Source: Thermoanaerobaculia bacterium
Lineage (GTDB): Bacteria > Acidobacteriota > Thermoanaerobaculia > Gp7-AA8
Direction of reading: 5' to 3'
Length of the DNA: 64,000 bases
Assembly (NCBI GenBank): GCA_035999335.1
Contig: DASYGV010000094.1
Span: 21,652-85,651, forward strand
Shown: positions 46,763 to 54,886 of the stretch, piece after piece
Layout of the letters: the number at the start of each line of letters is the position of its first letter
How positions within the stretch are numbered: position 1 is the first letter of the stretch
The notes under the pieces: generated by a model
Databases searched by the model: none
What the model was told of the DNA's origin: nothing
What the model saw: the letters and a program-made list of their open reading frames with translations, nothing else
Translations under genes and position numbers: made by a program

Positions 46763-49399
46763 TCAGCGTCCACCTCGCACGTTTCGGAACGACAAAATCC
46801 CGTTTTCTGGCGATACCGGATCGTTGTCGAGCCGGGCGATCTCGTTGGGTTGTAGCGCCGGATCCCCGCCCCCCATCCGCTCGAGCCGCACGACGTGCAC
46901 CTCGGCCACGCCGTCGACGGCCATGACCGCGGCGATGATGCGGCTGACGTAGACGGACTCGCCGAAGAGGAGCTTGTCGGGATGGAAGAACTTTTTCAGC
47001 GCGTCCTTGACCGCGGCGAGGACGTGCGCGCGGAGGTACTTCGGTTTCACGCAGAGATCGAGCTCGAGCCGGATCGGAACGGATCGCGCGGGACCGACGC
47101 GCAGGTCGTGACCCATGCGCCGATAGCGCTCGAGATTGTTCGCGACCTCGTCGCGGAGAACGTCGCTCAGTTCGGGCGTGGCGAACGGATCGACGTGCAC
47201 GCCGGCCTCGTACCAGCTTCCGCTCCACACCAGCGACGCGGCCGCGCCCTGCACACGCGGGTTGCGCATGGGGTAGCGAAGATACTGCGCGAGCGTCGCG
47301 TAATCCTCGCCGGTGATGGCGCGCTGAAGGTCTTTGCGGAACGCCATCGGCGCGAGCATCTTCACCTCCGACACCGGCTCGGGATCGACGGCGCCGGTGG
47401 ACGGCAGCGGATTGCGCACTTTCGCGATGAGGTCGTTTTTCCCCGCGCGGAAGATGATGTGCACGATCGATTCGGCGCCGACGAGTCCCATGCGACCGTT
47501 GCCGTAGCGGTACGTCGCTTCGAACTTCATCCCGACGTCGACAGTGCGGCCGGCGTCGCCGTCGCCGAAGCGAAGATGTGCCGCGCCGTCGTCGTCGATC
47601 TCCGCGACGAAGTGCGGATCGTCGCCGTAGCTGTCGAGGAGATCGGGCTGAGGCAGCCAGGTGATGTGCGGATCGCCTCCGTGGATCGGCGGCGCCTCGC
47701 TCTCGAGCGTTGCCGCCGGCAACGCGGACCGCGGATGCTGTTTGAGCAAGACTGTCGCGGGCGCGTCCTTCATAAAGGGATGGTTCAACGGCTGCGCGAA
47801 TGTGAGCGGCGCGGTCTTCAGCCGCGGACGATAGCGTCCCGCAAGGAATGCGATCTCGGAGAGATCGTCTTCTCCTTCGCACACTTCGTTCACCGGCTGC
47901 TCGGGAACGGGATCGAGCTCTTCGCCGAAGATCGTGAGGCCGTGATCGACGAGGAGGATGTTCCCGCGCGCGACGGCGAGCGGCTCGACGTAATCGCATT
48001 GCGGCGCGGTGCCGATCGCGGAGACGCAGAGCATGAACGGCATCGCGTCCTCGCGCGACCACTCGACCTCGACGACCGGCTGCTCGGGGTCCGGTAGCCG
48101 GTCGATCGATCTCGTGATCTTCGTGATGCGCACGACGTGACGATGCGTGCGGTCGGCGTCGGGTGAAGGTAAGGGTTGATCGAGCGTCGCGGTACCCGCG
48201 CAGGCGAGCTCCTCGAAGAGGAGGAAATCGCCGACGGCGAGGTCGTCGAGCACGCGCGGGCGGTCGGGCGGGGGTGGGGGCGGGGGGCAGTTCTCGTCGT
48301 CTAGGAGTGCGGTGGCGATAGCCGCCGCTCTGGTAGGGTGGGTGGGCGGCGCTGCGGACGTACCAGAGCGGCGACTCGCCGTCGCCGCACTCCTAGATTC
48401 CACCTCCACCGGGTCCTCTTCGATGAACGCATCCACGAGCGTCGCGCGCGTCGCTCCCTTCGGGATGCAGCACTCCTGATTGCCCCAGGTGTAGATGCGG
48501 ATCTCGTTGTGCGCGAGGCGGATCTTCATCGACTTGCGCGCGTCCAGCGGCTCGAACGCGAGCCATCCCGAGGCCTTCTCCACCTCGTGCATCTCGAGCA
48601 CGGTTTCGGTCACGATTTCCGAGTAGCGGGTCACGAAGAAGATCTCGTCCAGCGGCAAGTCGCCGTTGGCCGCGGCCTGGAGGAAGAGGAACGCGCGAGC
48701 GTTGCAGCCGTCGTGCATCGGGTAGTCGACGAGCCGCGCGTGACGACGCACGGAAATGCGCTGGCGCGCGGTGTCGAGATACGCCTCGGTCGCGACCGCG
48801 TCCTGGTAGTAGCTGAGGTAATCGCCGACGTACGCGAGCAGCTCGACGATCGCGATGCCGACGTCGGGCACGTGGCGTTCGCGCCAGTCCGGCATCAGCA
48901 GCGCGAGACGGTCGAGGATGAGCTGCCGGAACGTCGCGTAGTCTTTCGCGAGGTAACTGATCGCGGGCCGTGCATAGTCCGGCGGCGGACAGGCGTCGTC
49001 CTGCTTGCAGTCGATCTCCGCGGGGCAGTCGATCTTGAACGAAAAGTCGAGGCACCGGTAGCGCGGATCGAGCGACGGCACGTCGACGAAGCAGAGCGTG
49101 TACGTCGAGAAGTCGCCCTCGCGATCGAGCTCGATGCCGAGGCAGTCCTGTTCGTAGGTGTCGTCGGTGTCGTGGGGATCGATGTCGATCGCCTTGATGT
49201 CCGTGATGCGACGGCCGCCGCGGATCTCGATGTGCCGCAGCGCGGCATCCTCGTCCTTCTGCAGAAACTCCGGAGGGATCCCGGTGAGGAAGTGGACGCA
49301 GAGATGCTTGCCGGTCACGTCGACGTAGTCGACGCCGTTCTTGCCGCGATCGCGAATGAGCTGGCGGCGCGACTCGTCGCGGCAGGTGAGATCGCTCAT
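46763..49399 (-). CDS. Baseplate J-like protein, paralog 1 (Afp11/Pvc11 equivalent), carrying an in-frame repeat insertion
   Basis: ISYLAKDYATFRQLILDRLALLMPDWRERHVPDVGIAIVELLAYVGDYLSYYQDAVATEAYLDTA is the gpJ N-domain. The C-terminal block is ITGEDYATLAQYL...VYVSRIIAAVMAVDGV. The ATG at 49399 overlaps the gp25-like stop. Confidence 0.8.
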   Translation of the reverse strand: MSDLTCRDESRRQLIRDRGKNGVDYVDVTGKHLCVHFLTGIPPEFLQKDEDAALRHIEIRGGRRITDIKAIDIDPHDTDDTYEQDCLGIELDREGDFSTYTLCFVDVPSLDPRYRCLDFSFKIDCPAEIDCKQDDACPPPDYARPAISYLAKDYATFRQLILDRLALLMPDWRERHVPDVGIAIVELLAYVGDYLSYYQDAVATEAYLDTARQRISVRRHARLVDYPMHDGCNARAFLFLQAAANGDLPLDEIFFVTRYSEIVTETVLEMHEVEKASGWLAFEPLDARKSMKIRLAHNEIRIYTWGNQECCIPKGATRATLVDAFIEEDPVEVESRSAATASRRSGTSAAPPTHPTRAAAIATALLDDENCPPPPPPPDRPRVLDDLAVGDFLLFEELACAGTATLDQPLPSPDADRTHRHVVRITKITRSIDRLPDPEQPVVEVEWSREDAMPFMLCVSAIGTAPQCDYVEPLAVARGNILLVDHGLTIFGEELDPVPEQPVNEVCEGEDDLSEIAFLAGRYRPRLKTAPLTFAQPLNHPFMKDAPATVLLKQHPRSALPAATLESEAPPIHGGDPHITWLPQPDLLDSYGDDPHFVAEIDDDGAAHLRFGDGDAGRTVDVGMKFEATYRYGNGRMGLVGAESIVHIIFRAGKNDLIAKVRNPLPSTGAVDPEPVSEVKMLAPMAFRKDLQRAITGEDYATLAQYLRYPMRNPRVQGAAASLVWSGSWYEAGVHVDPFATPELSDVLRDEVANNLERYRRMGHDLRVGPARSVPIRLELDLCVKPKYLRAHVLAAVKDALKKFFHPDKLLFGESVYVSRIIAAVMAVDGVAEVHVVRLERMGGGDPALQPNEIARLDNDPVSPENGILSFRNVRGGR
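48301..48396. repeat. 96-bp palindromic element CTAGGAGTGCGG...CCGCACTCCTAG inside the baseplate J coding sequence
   Basis: About 85% identical to the intergenic copy at 51772-51868. The 96 bp equal 32 codons and read as SRSAATASRRSGTSAAPPTHPTRAAAIATALL on the minus strand with no stop. Confidence 0.85.
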
Positions 49400-49755
49400 G
49401 CGACCCTCCTCTCGAACGTGTCGGTGCGCACTTCCCCGGTGCGCTTGAGCGCGTATTTGATCGTGATGCGCAGGGTCGAGTCTTCCGACGTCACATCGAG
49501 TGCGAGCAGATCGAGGACGTCGCCGAGGTATTGCTGGATTGCCGCGCGCATCGTGAATTGCAGCGCGGCCGCGAGCTCCGGACTGTTCGGCGCGAAGATG
49601 AGCTGCATCAGGCCGCTGCCGAATTCGGGACGGTTCACGCGCTCGCCCGCGTTCGTGAAGAGGAGCTGCTCGAGCATGTCCCTCACGTGCGCGGCGTCAT
49701 TGCATTCGGCCGTGCGTCCGCGGGTGTCGATGTGGAATGGGAAGTCGATGTTCAT
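49396..49755 (-). CDS. GPW/gp25-family baseplate wedge protein (Afp9 equivalent)
   Basis: 119 aa. FPFHIDTRGRTA...VRDMLEQLLFTNAGERVNRPEFGSGL fits the gp25 lysozyme-fold family pattern. Confidence 0.8.
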   Translation of the reverse strand: MNIDFPFHIDTRGRTAECNDAAHVRDMLEQLLFTNAGERVNRPEFGSGLMQLIFAPNSPELAAALQFTMRAAIQQYLGDVLDLLALDVTSEDSTLRITIKYALKRTGEVRTDTFERRVA

Positions 49756-49776
49756 CGCATCCTCATTGGATATTGA

Positions 49777-50094
49777 TCACTGACCGAGCGCGCGGGTTTG
49801 GCCGGGGATGATGATCAAAGGCACGCCGTTCGGAACCGTGATCGCCTGGCTGTCGGCGAGGATCAACGGCTGCCCGTTCGACAGCACGCGCGTCGAGCCG
49901 GTCATGAACTGCGCGGTGACGCACGGCTGCGGCGACGCGGTCGCGAACGGACATCCGGCGATCACGTACGGCGACGTCATGAGCACGGTCGGCTGGCCCA
50001 TCGCCGTCACGCGCGGGTTGGGCACGGTCGGCATGGCGCGTCCCATGTGCACGCATTGCACGGTGTCGACGGCAGTCACGAGCGGTCCGGGCAT
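49777..50094 (-). CDS. PAAR-like / DUF4280-like spike tip protein (Afp10 equivalent)
   Basis: 105 aa in the position between the spike and gp25 genes. The pattern VQCVHMG...GQP...AGCPF...PC...GSTRVLSNGQPL...GQ resembles DUF4280. Confidence 0.6.
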   Translation of the reverse strand: MPGPLVTAVDTVQCVHMGRAMPTVPNPRVTAMGQPTVLMTSPYVIAGCPFATASPQPCVTAQFMTGSTRVLSNGQPLILADSQAITVPNGVPLIIIPGQTRALGQ

Positions 50095-50107
50095 GGGTCT
50101 CCTTTGA

Positions 50108-50632
50108 TCACACGATCGTCAGTGCGCCGTTGTTGATGGTGACGGTGGGGCCGATCATCGTGATCGATCCCCCCTTGCCGTTGTCGATGTAGATGCCGGT
50201 GTCGTTGACGGTGATGGACGCGCCGGTGAGCGACTTGAGGATGATTCCGCCGGTCGGTCCGGGGAGGTCGCTGATGATCACGCGGTTCTGCAGCGTGGTC
50301 TGCATGACGATGCTGGGGCTGACGGGATTGTTCGTGATCGAAGCCTTGGTCGCGTCGGTCGGCAGTTCGGCCTCGATGCCCCAGAAGCAGCCGCTCCAGA
50401 TCGGCTTGTCGGGATCGCCGCCTTCGAACTCGACCCAGACGCCGGATCCGATCTGAGGCACGAACGAGGTACCCATCAGTTTTCCGGCGAGCGGGTAACA
50501 GGGCATGCACCAGCTCGTGGGCAGCAGCGAAGAGACCGCGGGGACGGACGCGAGGATGCGGCCGATGCCCATCGGGTCGAGGTTGTTCAGCACCGTGCCG
50601 CGGTGCTTGCCAAAGAACTTGTGCACGCTCAT
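50108..50632 (-). CDS. gpV/gp5-type baseplate spike protein (OB-fold plus beta-helix needle)
   Basis: FGKHRGTVLNNLDPMGIGRILASVP...GSGVWVEFEGGDPDKPIWSGCFW is the classic Phage_base_V motif. The C-terminal region has repetitive beta-strands. Confidence 0.85.
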   Translation of the reverse strand: MSVHKFFGKHRGTVLNNLDPMGIGRILASVPAVSSLLPTSWCMPCYPLAGKLMGTSFVPQIGSGVWVEFEGGDPDKPIWSGCFWGIEAELPTDATKASITNNPVSPSIVMQTTLQNRVIISDLPGPTGGIILKSLTGASITVNDTGIYIDNGKGGSITMIGPTVTINNGALTIV

Positions 50633-51759
50633 ACCGGGACCCTCGGTGTAATCGACACGAGACCGTTGCGGACGAGCGAGAAGTTCTGTTTGTACTCGCC
50701 CCGCTTGATGGTGTGGGTGACGCTCTTGACGAAGTAGAGACCGTCGAACGCCGGGCCTGCGCCGCGTACGCCGACGAGCTTGCGCGCCTTGAGCACGCGA
50801 CCGTATCGCGCGACGTCGAGCGTGCCGCTCGCGGACGCGGCGTCGGCGCTCTGCGACGCGCGCGCGAGCGCCGCGAGGATCGCCTGCGCGGGATTGCGGC
50901 GCGCGGAGTCGCGGTCGATCTCGATGTTCTTCGGGATCGGCGGCACGAGTCCGAGGGGAGGTGAGAGCGGGTTGACGTTCGGGATCGGGATGGGGATGCC
51001 GACCTTCAGCTCCTTCGGAAAGATCATCACGATCGGCAGCGTCGCGTCCTCGGCGTCGAAGTTGAAGCTCATCGACTCGACGTTCGTCTCCGCGTCCATG
51101 TTCGTGTTCAGCGCCGGCTGCGGCACGCCGATGCGGATCGACGGCCCCCAGTACGCGACGCTCTGCAGCGGCAACGGACCGGGATCGACGTAGAACTCGT
51201 AGCCGGAGAGCTCGGCGAGGTATTTGATGTAGTCGAGGTCCGTTCCTTGCTGCCGCGGGATCTCCTCGGTGGGGATGGGAACGTCGGGGATGATCGCGGG
51301 AAGGACGATCGGCGTGACGCCGAAGATCATGTACTTCGCGAGCATCGCCATCACGCGCACGTTCGCGGGCATGGCCGGGTAGGGAAGACCGTCGAGCGGG
51401 AGATAGCTCATCAGCTTCGAAAGGTCTTCGCCGGTAACGGTGAGCGTCGACTGGCTGCCGCCGTCCCCGCCGCCGACTTGCTGATGCGTGATGACGCCGT
51501 CCATCAGCACGTCCGGCATTCCGTTGATGATCACGAGGATGACGACGCGCATGATCGGCAACTGCGATCCGCCGCCGAGGAGGAAGAGCGTATGCAGCGG
51601 AGATTTCGTGGAGAGCGTGAACGAGAGTTGAAACACGCTCGCGCCCTGCGTGTTGCTGGTGACGCTGACCGAGGTGAGAGCCTCCAGTACCGCGCGCGGC
51701 ACGGGAACCGGCACCCCAGGGCCGATCATGAGCTGGAGGTAGAAGGGAGGATTAGGCAT
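50629..51759 (-). CDS. gpD-like (late control D / VgrG N-terminal-like) baseplate hub protein
   Basis: 376 aa. The C-terminal GLYFVKSVTHTIKRGEYKQNFSLVRNG matches the gpD family ending. It sits directly upstream of, and overlaps, the gpV-like gene. Confidence 0.7.
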   Translation of the reverse strand: MPNPPFYLQLMIGPGVPVPVPRAVLEALTSVSVTSNTQGASVFQLSFTLSTKSPLHTLFLLGGGSQLPIMRVVILVIINGMPDVLMDGVITHQQVGGGDGGSQSTLTVTGEDLSKLMSYLPLDGLPYPAMPANVRVMAMLAKYMIFGVTPIVLPAIIPDVPIPTEEIPRQQGTDLDYIKYLAELSGYEFYVDPGPLPLQSVAYWGPSIRIGVPQPALNTNMDAETNVESMSFNFDAEDATLPIVMIFPKELKVGIPIPIPNVNPLSPPLGLVPPIPKNIEIDRDSARRNPAQAILAALARASQSADAASASGTLDVARYGRVLKARKLVGVRGAGPAFDGLYFVKSVTHTIKRGEYKQNFSLVRNGLVSITPRVPV

Positions 51760-51771
51760 GGGGTGCCCCTT

Positions 51772-51868
51772 CTAGGAGTGCGGCGGCGTCGAGCCACCGC
51801 TCTGGTAGGGTGGGTGGTCGGCGCTCCGGACGTACCAGAGCGGTGGCTCGACGCCACCGCACTCCTAG
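51772..51868. repeat. 97-bp palindromic element CTAGGAGTGCGG...CCGCACTCCTAG (intergenic copy)
   Basis: Lies between the LysM-like gene stop and the gpD-like gene start. It shares the central ctggtagggtgggtgg..cggcgc..cggacgtaccag core with 48301-48396. Confidence 0.85.
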
Positions 51869-51869
51869 A

Positions 51870-52208
51870 CTAAACATTCACTCCCTCCGGTAACGCGATC
51901 GCGAGCCTTCGCCCGATCGTCTCCGTCAATTCGTCCGGTCGCATCGCGCGGTTCGCGTCGGCGATGCGCCAGAAGAGCTCCGGATCGCCGAGGTAGCGAG
52001 CGGCGATGTGGTCGAGGCGCTCGCCCTGCATGACCATGTGCTCGCCGATGATCGACAGGCGCTCCGGCAGCGGCACGAATCGGCGGCGCACGTAAGCGTG
52101 GGTCTCGCCGTCGATCTCGATCTTCGCGATCTCGAGTCCGGCGTAGCGGCTGGTCGGACCGAACGGCGACAGCGGAATGACGAATTGCAGCGCGAGCACG
52201 TCGCTCAT
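51870..52208 (-). CDS. LysM-like / tail protein X-like small protein
   Basis: HMVMQGERLDHIAARYLGDPELFWRIADANRAMRPDELTETIGRRLAIALP fits the LysM/gpX pattern. 112 aa. It overlaps the upstream gene by 4 nt. Confidence 0.65.
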   Translation of the reverse strand: MSDVLALQFVIPLSPFGPTSRYAGLEIAKIEIDGETHAYVRRRFVPLPERLSIIGEHMVMQGERLDHIAARYLGDPELFWRIADANRAMRPDELTETIGRRLAIALPEGVNV

Positions 52209-52855
52209 GGGATCGCTCCTACTCCGATGTCTTTCAGCGCGCCGGACGGCGGGATCTTCGCGAAGGTCTCCTTGACGCGCTGATAGGCGAGATAGATCGA
52301 GCTGCCGCGGTGATCGAAGCCGAGGTCGGTGACGCTCAGTACGCGCATGCCGAGGCTCACTTTTGCGCGGATGGGATTGAGCTTCGTGTCGAACGCCTCC
52401 TCGGTGATCGAGAAGTCGGTGATGCGCACCGGCACGATGCGCGACGCGCTCCAGACGAACAGCACGAGCGGCTGTTCCATCGGCAGGATCTCGAGCACGC
52501 CGCTCGCGGCGAGCGCGTGATTCGAGAGGAGTTGCGTCGTCGTCGGATAGAGGATCATCTCCAACGCGGAGAGCTCGGGGAAGATGCCGGACTGCAGCAC
52601 CGTCGCCCCGGGCTTCGCGACTTCGAGTTGATCGGTCGCGTCGATCTCCGCGTCGATCTTCAGCGTCTCGACCGCGGGTCCCTTGAGGCGCAGCACTTCC
52701 GAGCGATCGCCGGATTCGCCTCCGGTGGCCTGCACCGCCAGCGTGCGCGCGAGCGAGTCGGGTGTGTACTGCATGACGATCACGCGCGCGATGTTCGACG
52801 TGAGCGGATCGAGCAGCACGAGGCCGGCCTTGAGCGTGGAAGGAGTAATGGTCAT
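52205..52855 (-). CDS. CIS tube-fold protein (tube initiator, Afp7/Pvc7 N-domain-like)
   Basis: LKAGLVLLDP...VIVMQYTPDSLARTL and LVLFVWSASRIVPVRITDFSITEEAFDTKLNPIRAKVSLGMRVL fit the contractile-injection tube-protein pattern (xFxFNPxxL ... PVxIxSLxIxExxF). Confidence 0.65.
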   Translation of the reverse strand: MTITPSTLKAGLVLLDPLTSNIARVIVMQYTPDSLARTLAVQATGGESGDRSEVLRLKGPAVETLKIDAEIDATDQLEVAKPGATVLQSGIFPELSALEMILYPTTTQLLSNHALAASGVLEILPMEQPLVLFVWSASRIVPVRITDFSITEEAFDTKLNPIRAKVSLGMRVLSVTDLGFDHRGSSIYLAYQRVKETFAKIPPSGALKDIGVGAIP

Positions 52856-52862
52856 CGGCGCC

Positions 52863-54302
52863 TCACTTGATCTCCTCGCAGAGCGTCACTGGCATGTCGA
52901 ACTTCTTCAGCGTCTCCGGTTGGATCTTCTGGGGCCCGGCGCAGTCGGTCCGCTTCGAGGAGAAGAGCTGGGCCTCCTTGGTGTACTTCGCCCGGGCGGC
53001 CGTGTACTCGCTCCATCGCGCCAGGAAATCCTTGTCGAGGGTGCCGGTCTGTCCGTCGAACTGCGGAACGGGATGCGTGCGCACGTACTCGATCAGATCG
53101 AGTCCGTGTTGACCCTCATGGAAGCGCGTGGAGGTCGTGCCGGCGAACTTGTCCTCGGGTGTGGTGCCGCGGCCGTAGCCGGCCGGATCGCTCGGCCCCC
53201 CGCCCGGACCGTAGACGGTCTTGATGAAGACCGTCGTGCGGGGTGGCGTAACGGTGAAGCTCTGGACGATGTTGGTGTTCGTATCGATCGTGTGCTCGAG
53301 CTGCGAGTCGACGAACTTGATGCCGGTGTACGCGTGATTGCGGTAGTTCTCGTCCTTCGAATACTCATCGGGGTCGACGCGAACGTCCGTGCCGCCGATC
53401 TGGAACGCGGCCGAGCCGCTCGGCTCGACCGTTGCCGTGACCGGAATGGGCGTCGTGATGCCCTGCAGCTGCACGATGCGTTGGATCTGCTTCTGCACTT
53501 TCGGATCGACGGCGCTCCGGACGTAGTCCTGCAGTTCGTCCGGTGAAAGCGATCGCAGACGCTCCATGAGCGCGGCGCTGCTGAAGTCGGCGTCGGTGAG
53601 CGTGAGGGCCTCGACTTCACGGCGGTTCGCGCCGCTGAAGTTGTCCCAAAGCCGATCGCGCCCGATCGCGGCAACGATGTCCATCCGCTCGGGCGACCTT
53701 CGCAACAGCGTGTTGATCGAGCGCTCGTCGAGGAACGTCGTCCAGCCGTGCAGCATGTCCTCGATGAGCCAGACCTTCGTGTCCTTGTCGAAAGGCGTGT
53801 CGAACTCTTTCTCGCGCGAGACGCACGCGCGGGCCATGTTGTCGCTGAAGAGACTCTTCTGCGGTCCCTTTCTCTCCTTCATGCCGTCGACGTATTTCTT
53901 CAGGTCCTCGAAGGGAAAGGCCTCCAGTCCGAAGAGGCGTGGAACGAACAGGACGACGTCGAGGAACGTGCTCCACGCGGAGAGTTGGATCTGCGGCCGC
54001 TGCTCGACGACGTGTTGCAGTTCGTGATCGAGCAGCGCCATGCCGTGCGCCGTGGACGGCGCGTACATCCCGCGCCCGAACGCGATGTCGCTGCCGAACG
54101 TCCACGCGCGCGCGTCGAAGGATTCCGCCGAGCGTGCTGCGTGCTCATCGTCGTGCACGCGCACGCGGCTGAAGTCGTGCTGGAAGCGGGACTCGAATCG
54201 CGCGCGCACCGGTGCATCGAGCGGCTTGCCGGGCGAGCGGAGCACGTCACTGGCGCTCCACGGTGCCGCGGAAGGCCGTTGCCGTTGCGCGAACGCGCTC
54301 AT
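52863..54302 (-). CDS. DUF4157 (HExxH) protein with a C-terminal domain carrying a second HExxH; putative eCIS cargo
   Basis: Start is the ATG at 54302, overlapping the upstream TGA. GKPLDAPVRARFESRFQHDFSRVRVHDDEHAARSAESFDARAWTFGSDIAFGRGMYAPSTAHGMALLDHELQHVVEQ is a canonical DUF4157. The C-terminal domain has FHEGQHGLD. The track ORF start at 55007 is a spurious Arg-rich extension. Confidence 0.8.
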   Translation of the reverse strand: MSAFAQRQRPSAAPWSASDVLRSPGKPLDAPVRARFESRFQHDFSRVRVHDDEHAARSAESFDARAWTFGSDIAFGRGMYAPSTAHGMALLDHELQHVVEQRPQIQLSAWSTFLDVVLFVPRLFGLEAFPFEDLKKYVDGMKERKGPQKSLFSDNMARACVSREKEFDTPFDKDTKVWLIEDMLHGWTTFLDERSINTLLRRSPERMDIVAAIGRDRLWDNFSGANRREVEALTLTDADFSSAALMERLRSLSPDELQDYVRSAVDPKVQKQIQRIVQLQGITTPIPVTATVEPSGSAAFQIGGTDVRVDPDEYSKDENYRNHAYTGIKFVDSQLEHTIDTNTNIVQSFTVTPPRTTVFIKTVYGPGGGPSDPAGYGRGTTPEDKFAGTTSTRFHEGQHGLDLIEYVRTHPVPQFDGQTGTLDKDFLARWSEYTAARAKYTKEAQLFSSKRTDCAGPQKIQPETLKKFDMPVTLCEEIK

Positions 54303-54886
54303 GCGTGGCCTCCTGCGAACCGCACGATCAGAATCGCGAGCGCGCTCAGCGCGCAGATCCACTGCGCCTCGGAGACGCCGAGCCAGCGCCGGCGCTCGTC
54401 GTCGCGGAAGTATTCGAGCGTGAACCGCGCGATTGCGTACGCGATGACGTAGAACGCGAAACCGTAGATCGCCGTTAAGGCGGCGATGACGAACAGCGTC
54501 GCCGATTCGACGTATTGCACGCGCACGCGTCCGACGCGTCCGTGACAACAACCCGCGCTCGCGCAACCGATGCGCCCGATCGCCTGCGCGATCGCGAGCG
54601 CGAGCGCGAGCAGATCGAGCGCGGAGGGAAGCATCACCATCGTCGCTGCGACGGTCGCGAGCTGATAGTGCAGGAACGAGAACGACTCGACGCCGAACAG
54701 CACCTTGGTCATCGCCGCGAGGAACAGCGCGACGCACACGGCGAACGCGGCGACCGCGATCCACAACAGCGGCGTGAGTCCCGCGCGCGTGGCGAAGAGC
54801 GTCGTGACCGCGATGCCCGTCACGCTGCCGCCGAGGACGCAGGTGCGGTAGGAGAGCAAGCTCACGCGGGACATGGCGGCGGCCAC
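54299..54886 (-). CDS. Short Lgt-family (prolipoprotein diacylglyceryl transferase-like) membrane protein
   Basis: Five to six TM helices. AIGRIGCASAGCCHGR and LEYFRDDERR resemble the Lgt GR(I/L)GCxxxGCCxG and EFFR motifs. At 195 aa it is shorter than canonical Lgt. The start is ambiguous (54886 or 54874). Confidence 0.6.
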   Translation of the reverse strand: MAAAMSRVSLLSYRTCVLGGSVTGIAVTTLFATRAGLTPLLWIAVAAFAVCVALFLAAMTKVLFGVESFSFLHYQLATVAATMVMLPSALDLLALALAIAQAIGRIGCASAGCCHGRVGRVRVQYVESATLFVIAALTAIYGFAFYVIAYAIARFTLEYFRDDERRRWLGVSEAQWICALSALAILIVRFAGGHA

